Assembly (NCBI GenBank): GCA_964057225.1
Contig: OZ059899.1
Location: forward strand, 6,138,001 to 6,202,000
DNA from: Auanema rhodensis
Lineage: Eukaryota; Animalia; Nematoda
Direction of reading: 5' to 3'
DNA length: 64,000 nt
The notes beneath the pieces are model-generated. The model had not been told where the DNA came from, did not search any database, and was given only the letters and a program-made list of their open reading frames with translations. Positions 1 to 12,072 of this stretch are shown piece after piece; within the stretch, counting starts at the first letter, position 1, and every line of letters begins with the position of its first letter. A program made the position numbers and the translations under genes.

Positions 1-187
1 ATATTCAAATCAGCATCATATACTGAACGGGATAAAGGCTAGAAAGAAGACATGTAAGAGATGAGCAGAAGTTAAAGTGACAAGTAATATGGAACAAGAA
101 CTAAGCAATATGTAGCTGAAAGCAATTGACATTTCGGTATTATGCATTGAGTCATTAATTGACTAAATGAGTAATGAAATCAACAAA

Positions 188-285
188 TTCACGTTCCATT
201 ACGTAAAATGATATCAGAGGAACGCAAATTACAAATTATGCTAATTATACTTTCAAATCATCATTTTACGTGAATTTAACGTGAA
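188..285. repeat. Short imperfect inverted repeat built from the TTCACGT/ACGTAAAA motif (dispersed family)
   Basis: 188-212 (ttcacgttccattacgtaaaatgat) is an imperfect reverse complement of 260-285 (atcattttacgtgaatttaacgtgaa). Related arrays occur at 4911-4940, 12051-12072, 16977-16996, 29406-29426 and 46027-46056. Confidence 0.65.
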
Positions 286-3200
286 GTCAATATCATTTCT
301 TTAGAATAAATTGATTAAATAGGTTGCATTAATTATATTTTTGTTCTTAATATAAGATAATAAAATAATATTTCACAAGACACAAGAAAATCATGAAGCT
401 TGTCTGAATGAACATTGTAACCTCAATTTAAGGTTCAGCACAATACAATATGGATATACAACATGAAATACATTGATTTATAACCTAGGACTCAGGACAG
501 GTCGATTATTTTGATGTCGTCAGGCACCTGGCCATTTGAAATAGGCATTTGATAGAAAGACCAAAAAAATATGCCTCAAGGTAAGTAGGACCTTAGAGTT
601 GGTATGATCAACTGTTTAACATTTGTTTTTATTAATATTATAATTTAGAATATGGTATTGATGTTAGATAACTCAACCATCATATATGTCTTCTGTAAGG
701 ATGTATGGATGTAACAAACATGTTCAACTGAGAAAAAAATCTATGCTGGCATGAAGAAGAGATTTTTTTTTGAAATAAAAAAATGTGTGTGATACATTGA
801 AAAGAGATGAGAAATTTTCTGTGAAAAGAGAATTGAGGGCATTCAACGAGAAAAATATGAAGTGACAAGGCATGTTGTGACAGAAACAATCGTTGAAATG
901 CTTTTTGAAGAGGATACGATGTGATATTTTCTCATCGAACGTAGTGAAACTCATAACTACTACTTACTAGAATGGTTCATAAACTATAAACACAATATGA
1001 GTTATAACATATCTTCAATGTTGCAATATGTATGACTTTTTTTTTGTTTTAATGCTGAACATTCGACTGACAAGCTTTTGGAGAATAGTTGGAATTCCAA
1101 TAATGGTCTCTTAAGTTGGCTGTGCCAGATTGGCAAGCAAGATAGCTGAACAAACTGCTGAACTGCACCGGCTTCGACAATAAGTGTTGTCTCCGGAGAT
1201 TATATGATTCTGACGTAGAAAAATAAGCCAAAGAATAGTGTGAATCAGGGAGAAAATGTAAAAGGGTGGTGGATGATGAATCATACGAATAATTTCCGGG
1301 AAAAATACTGTCCAGAAGCCATTGGAAAATCAATTGGTTCAGGGTCGGAACTTCACGCAGGTCGTTCAGCAACAATCTATTGATGTGTACTGCTGTGCAA
1401 GAAGTTCGAACGGATGAGACAAGTCATGTTGTTGCTCATCATACTCATCATCTTCAAATCTGTCTCCAAAACTGCCATTGCCGTCAGGATCACTTGGCGA
1501 CGTTTTAGAGTTAGTACGTAAGAGAAAGATTGAAGATCAGCTAAGGATTTTAATAGGTTTTGAAGTAACAGCTGACTACCAAGATATAATATGAAGAATC
1601 GAGAAGCAGCAGACGGTGGAAAAGATAAAATTGCTGTTCACCGTCTTCAATGCTTAGCTTGGCACATATCTCTTAGCTCTCTCACTTTTCACAATTTTAA
1701 TTCTTGTTCTTTCAGTTCCTTCTGCTCAAACAGATTCACTTCACATAGATTTATGTTATGGACGTTGTGGTAGTAGATTTTGAAAAGAAGGATGACAACT
1801 AAAATTGATGATAGGCATATCTTCTGAATGCTATTCGTAGTTGATCAAGTATGTAGTGGAAATCGTTGTCGTTTGTCTTGCATTCAAGTATTCAAGTATT
1901 CAAAATTTTAATAAATTTTACGAAAAAAAAACTCAACAGCAGGCTCTTATAAACTTTTTTTCTCAAGTTTGTAAAAATTAGAAAGAAAACAAAAAAATCT
2001 AAAGTGAAAAAGATAAAAAGATATATAATAGATAGATAGAAATGTAAAGATTATCGGAAGCTTAACGTATTTGAATAACGGATTGACATCATTTCAATCA
2101 CATTAAATTGAAAAATTCCTGAGCAATGGCTACAACTGCTTCTTCTAATGAAATGGCTATTGTTTGAAATTGCAATAATTTAAAATGTTTATGACAAAAA
2201 AAGTTTGTTATAAGTTAAAGAACAATAGATCAGCTGATAAAATGTTTGATAGAAGGTTCAAAGAAAAAAAAATAGAAGATTGATATGTTGATCTGGTGAG
2301 AATTATTTTTTGATGTCAAAATTGAAAATAATCTGCAATATTAGGTGGAAAAGAATATGTTACAATATAAAGTAGTAGTGCCAGAACTAGAGGTGATATC
2401 TATTAATTAATTATCTGGACACTTGCTGCCAAAAGCCTCTCTGTTTCATCTTCTAGCGTTATTGACCTTTGCCATACTTCTCTTAAGCCTTAGGCTACTA
2501 AAACAGCAAACGTTTCTGACCGAGCTGACAAGTAGATGAAGATAAAGAGGATGCTTAGAGAGAACGGATACCGCTGTACCCAAGAGGGAAATGAAAATCA
2601 GGGAGCATATATAATGGAGGAGTGGTTGTAAAGAAGACAAAACACAGAAGCTTCACTCTTTTTGAGATGAAATAACGTGGAGAGAGCAGATATATATCAG
2701 AGGGCTCTAGTGAAAAGTAACATCAAAGTGTTGCAGCTTTCGGGTTATTGGATGTGTAGTTGGGCAATAGTTCAAAGGCGTATCCCAAGCAAAGCGCAAC
2801 ATGTTGCTGTCAGAAGATAGACCACCCTGATTGGATATGATGTATAACATGATGTTTCAAATCCAAGTTGCTTCGGGAAGTTTCCGAAAAATGATTTGTC
2901 AAAGAGACAGACATCAATAAGATATGAAATAAAACAAAACAAAAAGAAAACACGATTTCAGGGAATAAATTGAAATTTAGATTCGTTGAGGGACAAATAT
3001 ATGAAACGTTGGTTTTCAGAAAATATGGAATATAGAAAGTAAGGAAGAGTTCGACGTTGTGTTGCAAGAACAGGGCGCTAAGCACTTTTTTCTAGCAAAG
3101 GACATCTGGATCATGCAGAACTGAATAGAATTTGACCATTAATGGATAAGAGATACAGCCACATGGTCAAGAGATTCATTCTTTTCATGAATGAAGATGG

Positions 3201-4763
3201 GTGCTCAGTCGGAACGATTTTTCCGGATAAAATCTTTATAGAAAAGCTATTATATCTATATGTACATAGATACATCTACATAAGGCTCATGTGGTTTAGA
3301 TACACATATAGATCTATTGAAACTGGTAAAAGTTTGAAAATTGAAACGGATGGCAAGAACGATCTAATTTGTTTGCGCAATCCCGACCAAGAAGTTTTAT
3401 ATCGGATTTGTATTGAAAAACTTAGTTGAACTCGTTGCTCTTGTTCTTTCAGCAACATTTTTCAAGAATAAAGAATGAAATGTTATATAAGTAATTAAAG
3501 AAATCTAAAAATTAATTTGTTAAATGTTTTATAACAATTTAAATAGATGAATCATAGTATTATAACAAAAGATGATGATTGTCCATGATTTTGATTCAAT
3601 TGAATCATAAATCAATAAAATAAAATAAAAACTTAAATATATATGTTTAAACATATATATAATATGTCTTTTACACTATATATGGATAGTTGTCTAAGAA
3701 AAGAATGCGTGTGAAACGGAACAACTAACGAGCCACTTTGCCTAAACAGAAAGAGGATAAATAGCCAGAGCAACTAACGATGAACTTATTTGGAATGAAA
3801 AGGGCAACAAAAAGTTGAAAATTCAAAGATGTTTTAAGAGAATATATTATAAGTTTGTATACTTTTCATTACAAACTATTTTTTTTAGTTATATAACATA
3901 GTTTTATAGAATATATACTATGTATTTTATGTATATACAATGAGATTTTAAACAAAATTTATAATAAAGTAAGTAAAGTATGTAGAAGAAATGAATCATT
4001 TTTTATCAAATTTACAAAGTAAATATAAATGAATAAAAGAAAAAAAGTTTTCAAAAGAATCTCTTTTTCTCGAAACAACATGAAGAAGGCTCAAGAGAAT
4101 ACGAGAGCTTACTGAAGATGTGCTATTCATGTGACAGAAACTTTCAATTGAGCAAACTAACAAAAAATGAAATAAAACAACCACAAATATATTTTAGAAA
4201 TAAATAAAAAAACATAAAAAAGAAAAAAAAATTAATTTTTATTTAATAAATTAAGTATTTAAAACAAATATCAATAGATATTCATTACAATATTTCTATG
4301 TATAGCTATGTAAGTATGTATGTGTTTCATGGAAATGTGATCCCATTTGTTACTTTTCTTTGCTTTCTTTCTATCTTCTTTATTCATGAAAATATACATT
4401 CTGTTGGAAAAAGTATTATAAACAAAGAACTTTCGTTTTGAATGATTTTTCCAATGATATATCTTCAAATAACATTTTTTTGTGTTATCTATTATAACTT
4501 ATAGTATATGTATATATATATATATAGATTTATATAATAATTAACAAAAAAAACATACAGATTATACAAATTTATTATTTCTTATACATACATAGTAGTA
4601 TATAATAACATAATTCACTGGAAAATACCCGTTTATAGTATAGTTATATTCATATAATTATTAAAATTTTAGTTTGTTATATGAGATCACCTTGAAATGT
4701 TACATATGAGGACCCGTGAGATGAACTTGGACTAGTGATTTCACATTCTTTAAGAAACATATT

Positions 4764-7700
4764 TCAAACTTCTACTGACTCCATGTGTTCACGATATATT
4801 GGTTGAGGTTGGATATCGGATAGCTCTTTCTGTAATAATGAAAGATAAGAAATATTTTAATAAACGAAACACAACCGCTCTATAGCGTATACATAAATTA
4901 AATAATCCATCATTTTTATGTGAAAATTTCACGTTAAATGACGATATTCAAATTAAATAAATAGACTTACCACTAAATCTTTAGCATTTACACGTTTTTT
5001 ATAATCAACTATAAGACATTTTGGAATTTTTTGTTTGAGTTGAACCAATCCTGGATCACTAAAATAAAAATAATATATAATTAAGTATAAGAAAAATAAA
5101 TAATTATACATTTTAAAAGAATTATCATGTCCTGTTGATAAACGTGAATAGAAATTCTTAATGGATTTATCAGAAATAGTTCCTTCAGAAGATTCCCATA
5201 ATGAATTAACAACACCTAATGTTACAATCTCACTGAGAAGTAATCCAAATTGCCATCTAAAATATGAATAAAATTATGATTTTAATGATTAAATTATCAT
5301 TAAAACTCACATATCACCATAAGCAGTACATGGTTTTCCTGATAATACTTCTGGGGGTATGATAGAAGGTACGGTATTGATTGGAGCAAGATTTAAAATG
5401 CTTTCACCATGGATAGAATGTTCTGAAAAAAAAAACTTTTAGCAGAATTTTATTCTAAATATCATACCATAATCTCCTAATTTAGCCATTTGATCACAAG
5501 GTAAATGAAGACAATCACGATACGATTTCAATAAATAAACACAATTACTTGTGATTGAACCATGAATACAGTTTTGTAAATGAAGAAAATTCTATAAAGT
5601 AACCGTATTCAATAGACGTTTTCATAATTTGTTTCTTACCAAAGCACTTGCAATTTGTTTTGAAAAAGTGTATAGATGAACCGTTAATCTATCAATTCTT
5701 TGTTGGAATCGATCCAAAGATCTAAATATTTTAAAATTATTTTTCCATAAATTGTACAAGCTTACTCTTGACTCTGATTTGATCCATCATAACCTGAACT
5801 AGCTGGAGATGGAGTGTTGTCAGTTCGTCTATCGAAAAGGCTATTTCGTACTTCAGACAAAAATGAATTCAATGTTCCACCCCGAATTGGTTCAAATAAT
5901 ACACCCAAAACCTTTAATTTGATATTATTAATTATTTAATTTTAATTTTAATTATAAATACCTGACTCTCCTTCACAGCTAACCCTTGGAAATACAATAG
6001 TCCAGGATGATCAGTTGAAATACGTGAAACAATTCCTAACTCATGACGAAGGGAAGCTGAGTCATCTGAACAGACAAAGCAAAAAATAATAATTAAAAAC
6101 ATTCCTTTAAGATTAATATACCTCCAGAGTATTTCATAAGATAGGCAGAACCATCATTCTTATCTAAAGCATGACAACTTGACCATCCTTTACTTGAAGA
6201 TCTATGATATTGAGTAACATGTAAGCGATCAAATGGTAATCTAAATATTAAAAAATATATAATTTCAATTAAAATTTATGAAAACTTACGCCATAACGCC
6301 ATGTAAATTAATTCCGGCATAAATAGGATTAGCTCTTGTTAAACTGCATGATGATAAACGATCAAAATATGACTGAAATTCCTTTATTTAAGAAATTAAG
6401 TAAAGTTCTTCATATGGTTAATATCAAAAACTTACTGCTTCACTTCGAGTTGGAGTATCTAATGAATCATAAACTCCTTCATCAGGAAAGTATTGAGGAC
6501 TCTTAGTTGAAACTAAAGTATTGCTGTTGATATGAGCAGAAATTTCACTTTCATCACTGGATATTGGTCTTCCTCGACCATCAACTATTGTTAAACAATG
6601 TGATCGTGGAAGAGTAGAAGCTGAAAATATTAAAAAGAAATTTTTTGAAAAATCAAAATAAATGATTTTACCTGATTGAGCAACAACAATACTTTTAGTA
6701 AGTTGACGATGTTCTCGTTTTAATGTATTAAATTCACTTCGATCACGAATACGACATACAGCCATACCACCAGCAACAATTAATAAAGCTAATAGAAATA
6801 GTACAAGAAGAAACTAAAATTATAAAAATAATATAATTAATTATTTATATGATTATACCATTTCAAAATTCCATTGAGCTGTACTTAAAGCTAACATCCC
6901 TTGTAATTCTTCATATGGCAAAATTCGAACTTTTTCAACTGAACTTTTTCTATTTCTGTTATCAAAAACAGTAATTCCAACAACATAATTACATCGATCA
7001 TTTTGATTATGTAATATAATTGAACGATGAGTCTAAACATAATCATAATTAATAAAACTTATTATATAGAAATAGTTTTTCTAACCCCAGATACTTCACG
7101 CCTTTGATTTTTTAATTGTTGACAATGTGGTTGATCATCTAATGGTACTGGATTAATTTCTATTTGAAAATTGATATTTGTTGGATAAATTGGTCGTTTT
7201 GTTTGTGAACTTTCTAAAAATTAATAATTTAGTCATATGTATAAGGATTAATTAAATTAATACCATTTTCAAGAGACACACCATATGACCATGTTAAGAT
7301 AAGTATACTTCCTTCTGTTCGGCTACGGTTCCATTTCCATTCAATCTCATCAACAGGTGGTGGAGCTGAAATCAATGAAATTTTATTATAAAAACTTCAA
7401 TATTTAAAAAAATATATTTTTTAAGTTGAAAATTTAGTTATTTTACTTGTTTGTTGTTGTTTTCCAATTTTTCTTCAAAAATTTCCTATTCTAGCCCTAA
7501 GGATTCATTAGTTTTTATTTATTTTGATATATACATACAAACACATAAATATATCAAATAGTTAAATTAGAAATAAGAAAGATTGACATTTTCATTAGAC
7601 ATACTATAGTATGTGACTATAATGATAGAAAATAAAATTTCTATTGACTTTTTTTACTATATAACAAATAAAATAAATTAAATATTATTTAAAAAAATAA

Positions 7701-10700
7701 AATATATATATATATATCTTGTAATTTTTATATTTTTTTTATTTTAAAATTTAAATAATATCATTTAAACATTATAATAAATTTATCTTCAATACTTAAA
7801 GACATAAATGTCATTTGTTTAGTGATGGATTGTATTTCTAAATTCAAGATCTATCAAAATGATAAAAGAAAACGATCAAGATGAAAACATACATTTCAAC
7901 TTCAAAGAAAGTAATCCATCAGAAACAACTAGTTAACTTAAACTTCAATTTCTATGTTTTCTTTACAGCAATGATTAGAAGAAAAAAAAAGAATAGAAAT
8001 ACGAAATATATTCAGAATATTATATTTTTTTTTTAAATTTAAATATATTTAGAAAAAAACTTACAACACATAGAAGCATCATTAACCATATTCAAACATT
8101 TTGGTACTGCTAAAGTTATAATTGTTTCTTTAGCTAATTCATTTGTATCAGTAGATCCAGTTGGAATAACATGAATTGAATAATTACGATTAAAAGCTAA
8201 TCGATCAATTACAAATCCTCGAGATCGATCCTTAAATATTTTTAATTTTTAATTTTTAGTTTTATATATAATTACCAATGAAATATCAAAGTTTTGTTTA
8301 TGTCCTGTGTGAGTATCGTATGATAACTTCATTGAACAGACGGTTAATTGATCATTTCCAAGATCAGGGAAAGATAGACGAGCGGAAGCTGTTTCATCCT
8401 TCCAAACCTAAATATTCTCACATTATTGAAATGAAATTTGAGAATATTATTCAATACCACTTTGTTGACGATAACATCGATCTGGTTACTAGATGATCCA
8501 GCAATTGCTTTTTGACTTAACCAATTAGATTTCACCACATTACCCATCAGACCTTCATGATTGAATGATGTTACTCGAAACTGTATGAAGTTTGTTGTAT
8601 TAGGTGTTGTTGTTGAAAAGTCAATAACTGGGGTATAAGCCTATAAAAGAAAAAATTATAGAACATTGTATTTGCATGAAATGCCCTTTTCCTTTCTCTC
8701 ATTTCATGAATTTTTACTTTTTACTCACTTATATAAGCCTTTTATGGCTTGACTACATGATTTTCGGTATTCTCAAAGCCATGTTTCCATGAATATTTAT
8801 CATCTTGATGACTCCGTGAACGTAGGGTTAATCCTTCTACTCGTTTTCTTTGTATTCACTATTTGAGACTCTAATCATGGAGGTCTAACAAAGACAACGA
8901 AACATTTCTTTTTTTTTCTCATCTGTCCCTATTCATTTCGACTCCTGATCCCTCTTATTTCATTCCAGAATCTTTCCGAGTTCAATATTTCTATTCAAAA
9001 GACTTAAAAAGACAAGACATGCCACCGTGATGACTTCCTATCCCTTTTCTGAACCATCAGGCTTCCTCCTTAGAGGATGTCTTCTTCTTCCACTTGTGGT
9101 AGAAGTCAAAGCAATAGAGACAATGCCATGGCTGGGAAAATCACGTCCGCAAATAGACGATGATCGTGAGATTCTGACAGATCTGAGGAAAACGACGAGA
9201 TCAGATGCGGTCGAATAGAAGATGGACCGGATCAGACTTATGGACTCTAAGCACTAGAAAGAACCATCCAAATAATTCGGAGTGAGAATTTTGAAGAAAA
9301 TACAATTTTCTTCCGAAAAAACGTTTGTGAAGGAAAATAAATAGATTTGCAGAAATTTAGTATAATTCTCTACTTCGTACTATAAGTAAAAGAAATAAAC
9401 CTTTTTTTAAAAATGTTATTGCTTAGCAGATGTCAAAGTTCTAACAACTGCTGAATCTACTAATCTGATTGAAAGTTGGAAAATAAAATTATCCTTTTTA
9501 CATATAAAGGAAATTTCAAAGAGTTAATTGAAGTGTTGCCTTTGATGTCCATTAATAGTCATGTACTTTCTCACAAGTGGACAGTGGCTCTAAAGGACCG
9601 GACGGCTTTAGAGCTTGATCTATGCATATGTTTACCATTAAGCCTAATTATGGTGCAATAAGGGTCTGTCTCAATGGGATTATGTATATTGAATCAAGTC
9701 AAGATGGTACCATATAGTACTCACTGCAACTTAATTACAAACTTTTTTGCATGATTGTGCTCATTATCCTATGATCTTAAAGCAATAAATGTCAACTAAT
9801 CTTACCCAAAGTTGCCAAAAAACAGATTCATCTGATGAGCTTTCTTCTTTTCCTACAGCTTCAATGTAATGAGCAAGGTTTTGACTTGTAGCCTCTTCAG
9901 TCAGATTCAGAATCAAACGACCAGTCATCATGGCATTAGATCCTCCATCCAAGCATAGAAGTGATACAGATCGTACAGGTGATTGTGTGAGTGGAGCTTA
10001 AAAACATAATTCTTATATGAATTTCGAAGTATTATTCAAATACCTTGGCTACTCTTCTTAAGAACTTCATGATAAGCTCGTTGACCAACATGAATTGGAG
10101 GTAAATCAATATCTTTCATATATGGTGATTGACATCCAAGTTTACACTAAATTCATATATTATTATAATATAATATTATTTTAATATATTCTTACCAAAT
10201 TAAATTTATCTTTGTCAACTATTTCAATATCTTGATATGATTCTCCTACCATAGTAAAATATTCTTTAGGAACAGCATACTAAAATAATAAATATTTCTA
10301 TTTATAAATTTATTATTATAATGAAAAGGTTATGAAGATTATTATTTAATTCAACAAAAAACTTTTATTTCTTAATCTCTTCTAATCTTTAGTTGTAGTT
10401 CGTTGCAGTATATCTTTAGCTTTATTTTATTTCAGACAAATCGTAGATAAGAGATAGAAAATAGATTTTTAACTGAGCAAAAGCTGAGAATTAATTGAGC
10501 TTTAAAAAAGATTTTTTATAGCTTTTCTATTGGTCTTATTTTCTTTTTTTTAAGTTTACATGGTTCATTTGAATGTTTCAATAGATCGTAAATGTGTAAA
10601 AATATTTCTGGCCCCTTTGAACGGATACTGAACCGACGAACACTGAGTTATAAGATTTCCAATAATTCAAAAAATCTTTTTTGTTTGTTATTTCAACTTT

Positions 10701-10821
10701 AAAGAGGAAAATATAAATTTACCTCGGACAGACAGAATGCTTGGCACTGTCCATATGTGGATACAGGTATTTGAGCCGCTGTTATCCAAGGAAGAAGAAA
10801 TACTAATATTACTATTCGCAT
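4764..10821 (-). CDS. Multi-exon single-pass receptor tyrosine kinase-like protein, predicted pseudokinase (signal peptide, Cys-rich N-terminus, FN3-like ectodomain, TM helix, degenerate kinase domain)
   Basis: About 20 GT-AG exons splice by hand into one frame. Signal peptide MRIVILVFLLPWITAAQ; CQAFC..CKLGC; FN3-like FRVTSFNHEG and LILTWSY; TM FLLVLFLLALLIVAGGMAVC; kinase-like segments FEPIRGGTLNSFL, FSKQIASALNFLH, IHGSITSNCVYL, AKLGDYE, PPEVL, GDIWQFGLLLSEIVTLG. Stop at 4764-4766; the ATG is directly preceded by a ttttatag acceptor. Confidence 0.88.
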
Positions 10822-12050
10822 CTATAAAATGACATTATATTACTTAAATAATAGTTTTATATAGATTATTATTACGAAATTCATAAGAGGATACGCAACA
10901 TATAAAAATTGAGAGAGAATGAAAGAGACAGACGGATAGAGGAATGAGGGATTCCAAATGAGATTGTGAAGTTGGATAAAGATGGACAAGTCTTGTGGAT
11001 AGACAATCTACAAGCTTTATAAGTAAAGAGATGTAGCTCGTGGGAGAGAGAGAGGGGGAACGCCAGCTGATAGAGAAACGAGAATGGAGGGGTTTGAAAT
11101 GATGAAGAAGAAGAATGTGGATAGAGCATAAACGAGACGTTGGTATTTGGGCTTCAGGCAGACGTGGCAGACGATAAAATCAAATCAAAATTTGGCGGAA
11201 CGAGACCTTTTAGATGTGCAGTTGAGACTGAGAGTTTCTGCTCACAAATTCAGCGGAACGTCCGGAAATCAAAATCAAACATCTGGTCTGTTGGTGGATG
11301 GTTTTTGAAGGACAAATGGAAAGTCTTTGCTGGATGACATGCCAAGATGTCACAAGTGTGGAGGGCAAGGCAGATGAGAGGAGGAGAAGTGATGAAGAAG
11401 GTGAAAAGTTATGTAGAACGAGTGGAATGTATTTGAAAGACATGCAAAATGTGAGAGATAGAGAGAACATGTGTATATGAGGTTAAAAAGGAAAATGAAG
11501 TTTTGTATGAAAATAGGAGAAACATTGGAAAATATTCTTTTCAAAAAAAGGTTTAAAGTAAATGACAAAGAATTTGACAGATGAAGAATGTTGATAAGAG
11601 GTGATGTGCATGCTATTTCAGCTGAAAGTTTCTATATTTTAAAAATATTCAATGTTTTAGACTGTAAAAATAATGAATGAGAATCGCCTCAGGCTATATA
11701 GTATGAAGAGATTTATAAGAAAAACCTGACGTCCTCTAGTGGTCTCGAACATATGAACAAAGGAATAGAATGAATTGTAAGTATTCATGACAAGAATCGT
11801 CTTCAGGCCAAGAAGGATGGAGCTACAATGACTTATCTTGTTTTTGGGCATTCAGATGGCTTCCGTCATAGGACAATAGACCAAATGATTACAGATTTTC
11901 GAAAATTCATTTTGTTGACTAGTAGTAACTATCCATTCAAATTTATTTACTAAATACAAGTAAAATTGATGTTTATACTATAAATGAAACCGGATTTTAA
12001 ATAATTTTTTCTAAAAATTAAATGAATTATTGAATATTTTATAGTTAAAT

Positions 12051-12072
12051 GTTCACGTGTTTACACGTGAAC
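12051..12072. repeat. Perfect palindrome GTTCACGTGT-TT-ACACGTGAAC (two CACGTG E-boxes)
   Basis: The 10 bp arms are exact reverse complements with a 2 bp spacer; it lies ~1.2 kb upstream of the pseudokinase ATG. Confidence 0.75.

Noticed and set aside
1049-1540. GC-richer block with ORF 1049..1375 and an acidic minus-strand frame (…FEDDEYDEQQHDL…CC*)
   Set aside because: The nearest acceptor leads straight into a stop in that frame. No consistent splice model or recognisable domain was found on either strand.
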